A DNA stretch of 64,000 nucleotides from an uncultured Bacilli bacterium (GTDB lineage Bacteria; Bacillota_I; Bacilli_A; RF39; UBA660). The stretch is taken from the NCBI GenBank assembly GCA_947585595.1, contig CANPXB010000002.1, positions 6,841 to 70,840 on the forward strand, given 5' to 3'. Positions within the stretch are counted from its first letter, which is position 1, and each line of letters opens with the position of its first letter. The notes beneath the pieces were generated by a model that made no database searches, was not told the origin of the DNA, and saw only the letters and a program-made list of their open reading frames with translations. Below, one piece after another: positions 12,241 to 22,450 of the stretch. Position numbers and translations under genes: made by a program.

Positions 12241-14555
12241 GCTTCGCCTCCATCTTTAGTAGAATCTTTATCATAAGAATCTATTATTTCTTTTAATACA
12301 TCAACAGACTGTCTTAAATTATATAATACTGCACTAAGTACTAATTCTCTTTCATTACCAGTAACACTATCTCTACCTTTAACTAATACTGCTAAATTTC
12401 TTTCTACTTTATTCTTAGATATTGCTACATCATTAACAAGATATGTATGAGTACCACTACTTACAACATTTAATTTTTCTTCTAATAAAGCATTTAAACT
12501 ATTATATAATTCTTTCTCATGATCATTTAATTCAATATCTTTAAATTCTGTTGTTTGTTCATAATATTCATTTAAAGTCTTAATTGTCTCTTTATTAATT
12601 AATTCTTCTAAAGAACTATTAACTTCTTCTCTTTCACGAGGCATATATTCATTAACATCTTGATGATAAGTACGATAGAACTTAAGTCCATCTATAATAT
12701 TCTTATTAAATACACCATTTTCTTCATCTTCATATATTGATTCATTATTAGATAATGCATATCTACTTCTGGCAATAAGTGTATCTACTCTATTACTTAA
12801 TACTTCAGGATGAGCTTCTAATAAGTCTTCTAACTTAGCTTCTAAAGCATCATCTATATCAAATAATAACTCTTTAGCATCTTTAAAGAATACTCCTAAA
12901 GCATACTTACCATTCTTTCTTTGAATAGATAATAAATAATTCTTTAATACTTCCACATCATCTTTAACATTATCTGAATTATATAATACTGCTTGATAAT
13001 TTCTTAAATCTTTATCATCTATTTCAAACCCATTATCATTTAATACATTTAAATTATTATTATATTTGTTAGCATCTAATGCTAATAATTGAACATTTTC
13101 ATCACTAAGCTTATCAGTAGTATCCTCAATAGTTTTAATACGTCCTTCTAAGACTTCATAATCTTCTCTAAAACCACTATCACTATTTTCTACTAACTCT
13201 TTAATCTTAGCTTCACTAATTCCTTTAGCTCTTAATAAAGTAATTTTCTTATTTAAATCTTGATCTACTAAGTAATTAGCATCTTCACTATATATTGTTT
13301 CATCATTAACATTTAAAGCTCTAAGTGTTTCATAGTTTTCTTCAATATGTTTAATATCTTTATTACTTAAAACTTCTAGTAACTCTGGTTTATCTTCTAC
13401 TAATTCCATATTTAAACCAATATTACTTAAATTTTCTTTAAGTTCTTGATAAGGATCTTCCTCTTTAACTTCTTCTTCATTATTTTCTATAACTGGTTCA
13501 GGAACTTCTTGTGTTTCTTCAGCTTCTTCAACTGGTTCTTCTTCACTTTCTTCTTCCTCATCATTTTCTTCTTTATCTTCTTTTTTATCTTCAGAAGTTA
13601 AAACGATAGGTTCTTCTTCCTGTAAATTAAATGCTGCTAATGAAGGTTCTTCAATCTGAGGTATATCCTCAATTGGTTCTTTTTCTTCTTCCTCTTCATC
13701 ATCATGACGATTTAAATTAGTTATATCAAATATTTGCGTTGGTTCATCATCTTCATATGTTTGTGAAGTTAAATCCTCATTACTAGTTTTTTCTTCATCT
13801 TCATCTTGATATGTTTGCGTAGTAACTTCATTATTAGATTCTTCTATTTCTTTTGGTTCTTCTTCTACTTCTTCTTCTACTTTTGGCACATCAACTACAT
13901 GATGATCTCTCTCATCATAAGTTTCATCAAATTCAATCAAACCATCTTCAGGGAATAAAATTACTTTAGCTAAAGTAGCTACTTCAGCCGAAGAGAATAA
14001 ATTAAACTTACCTATTACATCTTTAGCATACTTAGTAGTTAAAGACTCTCTTTCCGTAACATTAGGTGATAAACTTTGTTCAAGTAAATTAACTAATTGT
14101 TCTCTATCATCTTTGGCTGAATCTAATTCTTCATTTAACTTATTAAGTTCATCATTAAGTTCTTCTCTAGCTTTCTTAGCTTCTTCTATTGCTAAAGATG
14201 CATCTTCTATTTGATGATTTAAATCATCACAATAAACTGGTGCTTTCTCATCAATAGTCTCTAACATTGTTGAAATATCTAAATTAACCCCAATTGCTTT
14301 TAAAGCATTAAAAGTATCGTTATCAATTCCCGTAAATGTTGAACAAAAAGCTTCTTTTTGCGTCATAAAAATAGAAAGTTGACTCTCAGTTTCAACCTTT
14401 GTTACTTCATTATGAGATTGCTTTTCTGCTTCAGAAACAATTTTATCTTCAACATCTTTAATTTCTTCATTAATGTTAGCGATAATAATGTTATTTTCTC
14501 CCTTTAGATTGTACAATTTTTCTAATAATTCCGCTAAGTCTTGTGTCATTTTCAT
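12237..14555 (-). CDS. Large acidic protein: N-terminal coiled coil, Glu-rich linker, helical-repeat C-terminus
   Basis: ORF track 12237..14627. Start more likely at MKMTQDL (14555), downstream of a GTGGGGTG RBS-like motif. Confidence 0.75.
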   Translation of the reverse strand: MKMTQDLAELLEKLYNLKGENNIIIANINEEIKDVEDKIVSEAEKQSHNEVTKVETESQLSIFMTQKEAFCSTFTGIDNDTFNALKAIGVNLDISTMLETIDEKAPVYCDDLNHQIEDASLAIEEAKKAREELNDELNKLNEELDSAKDDREQLVNLLEQSLSPNVTERESLTTKYAKDVIGKFNLFSSAEVATLAKVILFPEDGLIEFDETYDERDHHVVDVPKVEEEVEEEPKEIEESNNEVTTQTYQDEDEEKTSNEDLTSQTYEDDEPTQIFDITNLNRHDDEEEEEKEPIEDIPQIEEPSLAAFNLQEEEPIVLTSEDKKEDKEENDEEEESEEEPVEEAEETQEVPEPVIENNEEEVKEEDPYQELKENLSNIGLNMELVEDKPELLEVLSNKDIKHIEENYETLRALNVNDETIYSEDANYLVDQDLNKKITLLRAKGISEAKIKELVENSDSGFREDYEVLEGRIKTIEDTTDKLSDENVQLLALDANKYNNNLNVLNDNGFEIDDKDLRNYQAVLYNSDNVKDDVEVLKNYLLSIQRKNGKYALGVFFKDAKELLFDIDDALEAKLEDLLEAHPEVLSNRVDTLIARSRYALSNNESIYEDEENGVFNKNIIDGLKFYRTYHQDVNEYMPREREEVNSSLEELINKETIKTLNEYYEQTTEFKDIELNDHEKELYNSLNALLEEKLNVVSSGTHTYLVNDVAISKNKVERNLAVLVKGRDSVTGNERELVLSAVLYNLRQSVDVLKEIIDSYDKDSTKDGGEA

Positions 14556-14640
14556 CACACTACACACCCCACTTATTATAATATAAATTATAACAAAAAA
14601 GTTATATAGTGTAAATGTTTTTTTCATAAATTTCGCCCAC

Positions 14641-14670
14641 GCACCAGAAAGTTATAAAGCGAATATAATA
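14641..14670 (+). promoter_or_regulatory. Putative SigK-type promoter of the ytlA-like operon
   Basis: GCACC-N16-AATATAATA resembles the SigK consensus (AC-N16-CATANNNTA, one mismatch), followed by AGGAGG RBS. Low specificity in AT-rich DNA. Confidence 0.4.
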
Positions 14671-14694
14671 TTAGTATAAATAGGAGGGATTTTT

Positions 14695-15278
14695 TTGAAA
14701 AAAACGATTGTTATTATATCTAGTTTAGTCTTAATAATCTTATTAGGATTACTATTATTTATTAATTATAAAGATAATAAAAAAGACAATCTTACTAAAA
14801 TTAAACTAGCTGAAGTTACCCATAGTATGTTCTATGCTCCATTATACGTATCAATTGAAAATGGTTACTTCAAAGAAGAAAGCTTAGATATTGATTTAAT
14901 CTTGACTAGTGGTGCTGATAAAGTAAGTGCCGCTGTCTTATCAAATACTGTTGATATAGGTTTTGCTGGTCCTGAATCAGCTATCTACGTTTATAAAAAT
15001 GGTGAAAAAGATTACTTAGTAACCTTCGCAGGTTTAACTAAAAGAGATGGTCAATTTATTGTCTCTAGAAAACCAATTAAAAATTTCACTATCAAAGATT
15101 TATATGGTAAAGAAATACTACCCGGTCGTCAAGGTGGAATGCCTATATTAAACTTCTTAAATGCTGTTAAAAATGCTAATGGTGATATTTCTAAAATAAA
15201 TATTAATTCAAGTATTGATTTTGCTTCCCTATCAGGATCATTTATTTCTGGTGTTGGTGACTTTGTTAATCTATTTGA
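14695..15278 (+). CDS. ytlA: NitT/TauT-type ABC substrate-binding protein, 5' segment of split gene
   Basis: AEVTHSMFYAPLYV...GRQGGMP...DFVNLFE matches B. subtilis YtlA as I recall it. Interrupted at LFE|P; the unexcised ORF stops at 15294. Confidence 0.88.
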
Positions 15279-15306
15279 ACTTAATGCAACATAAAGAAGT
15301 CGCTAA
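15274..15306 (+). repeat. attL of element 1
   Basis: GAACTTAATGCAACA (15277-15291) vs GAACCTAATGCAACA (32087-32101), 14/15 identical. Confidence 0.9.
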
Positions 15307-15331
15307 AAAACAACCAACTTAGTTTTCAATC

Positions 15332-15383
15332 AAAAAAAGAGTAATTTCACTTTAATTTTTAAAGTCAAATTTACCCTTTTTTA
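15332..15383. terminator. Imperfect hairpin with A/T tails just inside attL1
   Basis: AAAAAAAGAGTAATTTCACTTTA...TAAAGTCAAATTTACCCTTTTTTT inverted repeat. Confidence 0.45.
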
Positions 15384-15525
15384 TAAAAACGTTAAACATA
15401 GTTTGTATTTCATCATTTTGGATTACTTTAAACAACAAAATTTATTAAAGCTATAGTAAAGCATAAGTACTATTGCTCATATGAACCAAAAATTAATTTT
15501 AAAATCTCATTAGTTAATAATACAT

Positions 15526-16500
15526 TTACCAGTTAATACCTGTTAGAGTAGCTTGAGCTGTATTTATTGAATCAAACTTGCTCGCTATGCCATTAGAAAC
15601 ACTTATTCCACCACCCATATCAAATGAAATGCTGTATGAAGTGTTAGTTGCATCACCTTGTAAATGTTTATAATCTCCATAGGCATTTAAAACAGAAATT
15701 TTATCCTTAGTATTTTTTTCAACTTCAAAATACATATCTACTTCAATTGTCGTACCAGAAACAAAATTTTGAGGTTCTACAGGATAATTGAATTCAACAA
15801 TATATCCTTGACTACTCAATGTCCAAGTATTTGAGTCTCCAAAATAATAGCAACTTTTCCCGTTATCATAGTATGCGCTAAATCTTTTTGTGCTTGAAAC
15901 TCCATATACCTTATTGTCTTCTATACCTATGCTGATAATATCTAATGTTTGCCAATATGGAAGCTTTTTCCATTTAACATGATTTTTATATCTGTATCTT
16001 CCATTTACACTAACAATAGTAGTTGTCATTTCTTTGTATTCTGTAACTGTTTTACCTGGTGTTAAACCCTGAGCCGATTCTTCATTAATTAATTTTTGAA
16101 CATCAATACTATCATATTCCTCTTTAGTGATTTCTCTAGAGTGTGTTAATAAGACATTAGATATATAATTATAATTTCCATTGGGAATAATAGTAGTAGT
16201 TTCATAATACTTGGTAGTAGATGCCTCTACATGTCCTTTTAAATCTTTATTTTCATTAAATTCATTTCCACGCATATGGATAATATCAGTATCTGTAAAA
16301 CCTAAATTTCTTAAATTGTCAACATTCTCTTCGGTCATCTCTATACCATTTTGATTAACATAGATACCATTTTCAATATTTATATTTGTCTCCAATGCTG
16401 AAACATTCTGAACAAATAATATACTAATTAACATTGTAATTAGCAAAAACAATTTTTTCAAAATTATCACTCCTCTATCTTTGAAAGAATATCTATGCAT
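15526..16500 (-). CDS. Secreted hypothetical protein (paralog of 16597..17313)
   Basis: Signal peptide ending VSA, shared motif TEYKEMTTTI...YRYKNHVKW...DIISIG. Confidence 0.75.
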   Translation of the reverse strand: MHRYSFKDRGVIILKKLFLLITMLISILFVQNVSALETNINIENGIYVNQNGIEMTEENVDNLRNLGFTDTDIIHMRGNEFNENKDLKGHVEASTTKYYETTTIIPNGNYNYISNVLLTHSREITKEEYDSIDVQKLINEESAQGLTPGKTVTEYKEMTTTIVSVNGRYRYKNHVKWKKLPYWQTLDIISIGIEDNKVYGVSSTKRFSAYYDNGKSCYYFGDSNTWTLSSQGYIVEFNYPVEPQNFVSGTTIEVDMYFEVEKNTKDKISVLNAYGDYKHLQGDATNTSYSISFDMGGGISVSNGIASKFDSINTAQATLTGINW

Positions 16501-16596
16501 AGTTTTTTCTTTCTAAATAAAATGATATTATTCTTTTTTTCAATTATAAAGAACCAATTTGTCGAAATACCGAGCCTGTTTTTCACAATCAAAAAA

Positions 16597-17313
16597 TTAC
16601 CAGCTTCCACTCCAAGATGTTTGTGCATAATTAATTTCATCATAATAGTCTTTTATTGAACTTTTTAATGACAAGCCATCAATATTAACTGAATAATTTA
16701 AAGCATTACTTAAAGAAATAGATTTCACTGCATGAGCATAATCCCCAACCGCTATTTGTTTTAAAATTGTAGCATCAACATCTTTTTCTACATCAAAATA
16801 TAATTTTTGACCTAAAGAAATATAATTTCCCGAAGGCAATAAAAATGTTACTCCAACACCATTAGCAAATTTTTTTAAAGAATAATCATTATCAGTATAA
16901 CAATCATTAACCGAAGTACAATATGTTTGACTAAAATTGATATTTTTAGTTTTAACACTTGAATAACGACCAATAGATATAGTATCATAACTCCTAATCT
17001 TAGGTAATGTATTCCAAAGTAATTCATTTTGATATCTAAATCCTGACCCATTAGACAATATACTTGTTGTCATTCTTTTATAAGCAGTTTCAATGGTTGC
17101 ATTACCTATTGTTTCTACAGGATTATTAAATTCATCCTCACTTATTTCCGTATCAATAGCAATGTATCTATTGCTGTTAATTGACCTAATTATTATTATT
17201 TTAAAAAATTTTTCAGACTGACTAACAACAATATAATCTTCATCATTAGCATAAACAATTAATGGAAATAGAAACATAAACATTATTAATATAAATTTTC
17301 TCATTTCTTTCAC
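16597..17313 (-). CDS. Secreted hypothetical protein (paralog of 15526..16500)
   Basis: Signal peptide ending VYA, TAYKRMTTSI...FRYQNELLW...DTISIG, C-terminal Trp. Confidence 0.75.
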   Translation of the reverse strand: MKEMRKFILIMFMFLFPLIVYANDEDYIVVSQSEKFFKIIIIRSINSNRYIAIDTEISEDEFNNPVETIGNATIETAYKRMTTSILSNGSGFRYQNELLWNTLPKIRSYDTISIGRYSSVKTKNINFSQTYCTSVNDCYTDNDYSLKKFANGVGVTFLLPSGNYISLGQKLYFDVEKDVDATILKQIAVGDYAHAVKSISLSNALNYSVNIDGLSLKSSIKDYYDEINYAQTSWSGSW

Positions 17314-17410
17314 CTCTTTTCTAAAACAAAAATTCTTTTGTTTAAAATATTTTAAATTTATAATACAAAAATAAAAATAGCTATTATTTCACATTTATGA
17401 GACAAAATAG

Positions 17411-18154
17411 CTATTTTCTTTCAAATTTAAGTTTAAAATCAAACACCTTTAGTTCATTATTGATAATATATTTAATTCTAAGCGACAAATTATTTTCATC
17501 AATTTCTACATTTTCATTTTCAGTATCCAACTCAATGTTAATATTTTTTAAGAATTCATTTATACTTTTCGAATCATTACACCCATCAGAACGATAATTA
17601 TAAACATTATTATCATTAGACACTAAAGATACATCTACATTATTAATCAATAATTCTTTGCTAGTACCTATATATTTTTCGTTATATACTAAATTGTTTA
17701 TTATTACTATCTTTCTAAATTTATTAACCATAAAATATCCATCTAATATAAAATCTTTATTATCAGAATGAATTTCATATATTTTATATTCATTTACTTT
17801 AAAAGAAAATAATGCAACTACAAAAATAAGGGTAATTAGCGTTAACATTATAGCACCACGCTTAATAAGTTTTGATTTAAAACTTGAATTATAATATTTA
17901 ATGGCTTCTACTTCAGCTTTAACACCAGTTTTTAAATTATGTTCTTGACTTTGTCCGTTTAATAGTTCCGATAAAGAAATATCAAGAATCTTACACAATG
18001 GCTCTAATAACGAAATATCTGGTAAACTAACAGCACGTTCCCATTTAGAAATCAATGTACGATCAACATCAAGCTTACTTGCCAGTTGCTCTTGAGTTAA
18101 ATTATGTAATTTTCTTTGCTCAGCAATAAATTTACCCACTTTTACTTGATCCAT
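17411..18154 (-). CDS. XRE-family HTH protein with TM helix and extracellular domain
   Basis: LTQEQLA...ISKWERAVSLPDISLL, TM near aa 100-118. Confidence 0.85.
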   Translation of the reverse strand: MDQVKVGKFIAEQRKLHNLTQEQLASKLDVDRTLISKWERAVSLPDISLLEPLCKILDISLSELLNGQSQEHNLKTGVKAEVEAIKYYNSSFKSKLIKRGAIMLTLITLIFVVALFSFKVNEYKIYEIHSDNKDFILDGYFMVNKFRKIVIINNLVYNEKYIGTSKELLINNVDVSLVSNDNNVYNYRSDGCNDSKSINEFLKNINIELDTENENVEIDENNLSLRIKYIINNELKVFDFKLKFERK

Positions 18155-18182
18155 TTAATCACCATCTTAAACATTGAATATT

Positions 18183-18521
18183 TTATTTATAAAACTCATC
18201 GATACTAATCTCAAAAACATCTGCTAATTTATAAAGATTATCACTACTAATATTTTTATATTTATCATTAGCATTTTCTAATCTCTGATAATATTTATTA
18301 GATATTCCTAATATCGAAGAAATATTTATAGTACTATAAGAATTTTCAGTACCCTTTTTGTTATCATAAAGCTTTTTATATTCATCATAATGCTCTTTTC
18401 TAATTCTTTTAACGTTCATACAAATTCTTTTTCTGACTTCTACCAAGTTCCATTTTGATGACTTTTCATACATTTCATAAATTTGAATTATTTTCAAAAC
18501 AATCACCAAATTTATTATCAC
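18183..18521 (-). CDS. Small HTH (XRE-like) protein
   Basis: ISSILGISNKYYQRLEN...LYKLADVFEISIDEF. Start uncertain. Confidence 0.6.
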   Translation of the reverse strand: MIINLVIVLKIIQIYEMYEKSSKWNLVEVRKRICMNVKRIRKEHYDEYKKLYDNKKGTENSYSTINISSILGISNKYYQRLENANDKYKNISSDNLYKLADVFEISIDEFYK

Positions 18522-18715
18522 ATTGATAATATATAGTTTTGCCTATGTATAAGGACACTTTTTGCTATTTTATTCATTACTGCATAATAATAAAATTATT
18601 AATAGAATATTTGGTTTATAAGTTAAAATAAATAGTACAATAAATCATTAAAAATCTAAATAAAAAATTCTTATTCGTGATATAATAAATATGAAACAAT
18701 TATATTAAATGAGGA

Positions 18716-19366
18716 GTGTTTAATTTGAAAAAGAAAATTTTAATAGCATTAGGAATAATAGCAATAGTAGCAATAACAAGTTTTATATCTATTACAGTGT
18801 ATAAAAACTATAATAGAAAAATTGATATTCGTGAAGCTAACAAAAGTTGGAATATTTATGATGAAAACATTAATGATATCAAAGCTAATATGGATTCTAT
18901 TATGGAACCAAATAAAGACTTTGATTGGGGAAAATTAAAAGATTTTGATATCAAAGATGATGACTATGAACAAGCATTAGGAGAACTAGCTAGCGACATT
19001 AAATGGTGTTATATTGGATATACCGACGAAGGTGAATTTTATACTGATTCAAACCCTATAAGAAAATATAGAGATAAAAAATATATTACAAAAAAAGAAT
19101 TAGAAACATTAAATTTCTATTCAAAAAGTGATAGCTGCTTAAATAGGTTTAATGGATTCTTTGGTGTGAAATTAAGTGATAACAAAGAATTAGAAGAAAG
19201 ATTACAAAAGCACCTAAAAAATATAGATTTAAATAGTAAATCAAAATTATTTTCCTATTATGACCAAGCTACTTATAATGAACTTTTAATGCGTAAAATA
19301 AATGAAGTTCAATTAGTAAAAGAAGCTAGTGATTTCTTAGTAGAAGAATACAATAATCTAAAATAA
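18716..19366 (+). CDS. Hypothetical membrane-anchored protein
   Basis: N-terminal TM, GAGGAG RBS, upstream TATAAT. Confidence 0.7.
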   Translation: MFNLKKKILIALGIIAIVAITSFISITVYKNYNRKIDIREANKSWNIYDENINDIKANMDSIMEPNKDFDWGKLKDFDIKDDDYEQALGELASDIKWCYIGYTDEGEFYTDSNPIRKYRDKKYITKKELETLNFYSKSDSCLNRFNGFFGVKLSDNKELEERLQKHLKNIDLNSKSKLFSYYDQATYNELLMRKINEVQLVKEASDFLVEEYNNLK

Positions 19367-19620
19367 CTATCCATAAAAATTAATAATTAAATTCAAATAT
19401 AAATATTTGTTTATGACATAGAATGAAATTTTTACATAGTTAGTAATGATTTTTTAAAAAAATATAAATTAAATAAAGAATATAAATTAAAAAAATAGAG
19501 TTCAAATAAAATAACTCTATTTTTTTAAAAGCCAAAAAAGAAAGAATATTAAATAAAAAAATATAACGCTTATATATTAGATTGTACAAATTGCCTAGGA
19601 AAATGATTATCTAAAATTAA

Positions 19621-19650
19621 TTTGAACTTAGTGCAGCATAAAGAAGTCAC
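19621..19650 (+). repeat. Internal degenerate copy of attL1
   Basis: TTTGAACTTAGTGCAGCATAAAGAAGTCAC vs TTTGAACTTAATGCAACATAAAGAAGTCGC (15274-15303), 27/30 identical. Confidence 0.85.
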
Positions 19651-19664
19651 CTATAAGTAAAATT

Positions 19665-20232
19665 TTACTTTAGAAATCTCTGAGGGACATCTTCTTTTTT
19701 TATTGTAGAAAATTCTTTTGAATCTAAATCAAATCTCACATAATTATCTCTATCGATTTCCTTATAATATACAAATTTATCATCTTTTCCTAATAAACTT
19801 ATATTTCCATTGTAATGGTTATTAAATTCTTCTAAATTATCAATTACATTACCAGTAGTACAATCATATATTTTCTTATCGCCAACTAACCATATCAGTT
19901 CATTATCCTTTAAAGCAATTACTTTTGAAATACCAATAAGATTCATACTATCAAAACTTGGTTTACTAATTTTTTTAAATTTATTGTTTTCAATCGGAAT
20001 ATACACATTATATATTGTTATTTCTGATCGTATTTTTATTATTATAAGCTATTACGCATTTTGAACTTTGAAGTGCAATATCTAAATCTTCTATAGACAC
20101 AAGATCACTATTACTTTGCTCTTTATTATTTTGTTCTTTTGTATGTATACCTACAATTACCATACCCATAACTATAATAACTATTATTACTACTAATCCA
20201 ATTATTAATTTTAAATTTTTTTCATAAAACAT
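19665..20232 (-). pseudogene. Probable frameshifted membrane-anchored protein (two ORF-track fragments)
   Basis: The frame of 19665..20006 extends upstream (KIRSEITIYNVYIP) to an A-run inside the 20008..20232 ORF, so a 1-nt shift joins them. Confidence 0.5.
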
Positions 20233-20277
20233 ACTCCTTTGATATATTTTATCGGAAAAAGCAAACCATTTAGTTTG

Positions 20278-21264
20278 CTAATTAGTACCTATCTTTTCAA
20301 CTTCTTTATTTAATATATCTAAATAATCTTTTTCGGCTATCGTTAAATGAGTAGCCATATATTTATCATATTATTCATGAGCCTTTTTTAAAGCTTGCTC
20401 ATGAGAAATAACTCCTTTAGAATTAAGAATATCTTTTCTTGTCATTTTCAAAAATGAATCTAGTTCATTAATCCAATCTTGCATTGTCATAGTTCTTCTT
20501 TCTAAAGCATTAATTTCTGCAATATCTAAATAAGCAGATACCATTCTATTTAAAATATTTAATTCATCCTCTGTTAAATAATTTTTGGCAACCTCTGTTT
20601 CACTTCTAGTCGGATAGTCACCCTTAAAATTTGTAAGTCCTAAATAATCTTTTTCAGAATCAGCTCTTGTAAAGATAATTTCAGCAGCGGTTTGATGAGA
20701 AACAGCATAATGCATTTTATTTTGAATTGTTTTAAAAAACTGAACCGAAAGATTATTTTTTGGATCATAATCTACACTTGTTGCATAAAGATCTAATACC
20801 TTACGCCAAAATACTTTTTCTGATGATCTAATATCACGAATTCTTGCTAATAATTCTTCAAAATACGGATTTGTTCCATTATTTTTTAATTTTTCATCAT
20901 TAAGAGCAAATCCTTTTATCATATATTCTTTTAGTACTTTAGTCGCCCATATTCTAAACTCCGTCGCTTTTTTAGAATTTATACGATAACCAACTGCAAT
21001 AATGGCATCTAAGTTATAATGTAAAACATTATATTTTTTCCCATCAGAAGCAGTTGTTAAGAATTTCTTAACAACTGAATCCTTTTGTAATTCACCATCT
21101 TCAAATATATTCTTTAAATGCATAGAAATATTATTTTTAGTTGTATCATAAAGATTAGCCATTACATCTTGACTCATCCAAATAGTTTCATCTTCAATAC
21201 TGACATCAACTCTTACATTTCCATCGCTAGATACATAAATAATCATATTGTTTTTCATAGCCAT
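20278..21264 (-). pseudogene. RhuM-family DNA-binding protein with premature stop near the C-terminus
   Basis: YNLDAIIAVGYRINSKKATEFRIWAT, RIRDIRSSEKVF. TAA at 20371-73 is followed in frame by YDKYMATHLTIAEKDYLD...GTN*. Confidence 0.75.
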
Positions 21265-21338
21265 TACCTCCTATCACTTATATTATACTAAAAATAAGTG
21301 TTAATCTGTAATTTTTATGAAGCTAAATATATAATTAA

Positions 21339-22367
21339 CTAATCTACTTTCTCACTACTATACCAATAATACTTACCATTTTTATCTTTTCTAAAAGTAT
21401 GTTTATATAATCCACCTTTACTAAAGTCTTTAGTATTAGAATCTATCAACTTATCTTCATCTACATGAGGTGAATCATAGTACTTTTTCCCATCGATATC
21501 ATAAGTAATCATTATAAAACGATCATAAATTTCTATTGCATTACCCGCCATTTCAAAATGATCATACATAGTTTCAAAATGTTCTGGAGAGGTATCTCCT
21601 CCTACCTCTCCATGACATAGGAAATTATCTTTTTCTTCCGAATACAAACAAACTCCCGTAACTTCAATAGCAAAACTCTTTAATGGCATTACCTTATCAT
21701 CACCAAATAATCTATGATAAGCTTTTTCTAATTTTTCTTTATCTACATCATAGAATCTCCACTCTACAGGTGATCCTTCTACCAAAACTTCTGGATCTTT
21801 TAAACATATTGTTGATAATTCTTCATCATTAAAATAATAACTTTTTAAATCTTCACAAGAACTTATATTAATACGTTTTGGATCTTTAATCGTTTTATAT
21901 GCATAATATAATTTTGCTTCATCACTTAATTTCTCATACTCATTACCATTAGAATAAAAATTATTACTAAAATTCATATATTTAGCAAAAGAAGGATATA
22001 TATCTGAAGGAGTATATACTTCTATCATATCGTATAAACTTCTCGCTATATTATAATTATGAATATAATAACAAACTAAGAATAATGGTGTTATACACAA
22101 AACTAAAATTATTAAAACAATATAACACTTTTTAAATTTTTTATTTTTATTAACAGAATCACTACTTCCTAATAATAAGTCATCTACAGATACACCAAAT
22201 ATTTCACTTAATCTAACTAAAGTAGAGGAATCAGGTATCGTTTCTCCTCTTTCCCATTTACTTACTGCTTGCCTACTAATGGGAATCATTTCTGCTAACT
22301 TACTTTGACTTAAACCCATCTTAGTTCTTAACTTTAAAATTAATTTACCAGTCTTTTTATTATCCAT
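21339..22367 (-). CDS. XRE-family HTH protein with TM helix and extracellular domain
   Basis: LSQSKLAE...SRQAVSKWERGETIPD, TM at about aa 80-100, Cys-containing ectodomain. Confidence 0.85.
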   Translation of the reverse strand: MDNKKTGKLILKLRTKMGLSQSKLAEMIPISRQAVSKWERGETIPDSSTLVRLSEIFGVSVDDLLLGSSDSVNKNKKFKKCYIVLIILVLCITPLFLVCYYIHNYNIARSLYDMIEVYTPSDIYPSFAKYMNFSNNFYSNGNEYEKLSDEAKLYYAYKTIKDPKRINISSCEDLKSYYFNDEELSTICLKDPEVLVEGSPVEWRFYDVDKEKLEKAYHRLFGDDKVMPLKSFAIEVTGVCLYSEEKDNFLCHGEVGGDTSPEHFETMYDHFEMAGNAIEIYDRFIMITYDIDGKKYYDSPHVDEDKLIDSNTKDFSKGGLYKHTFRKDKNGKYYWYSSEKVD

Positions 22368-22450
22368 AAAATCCTCCTACATCTTTCATAACTAAAACTA
22401 CTATAAAACAGTTAAAAAAGAAAGAACTTTTTAAGTTCCTCTAACTATTT

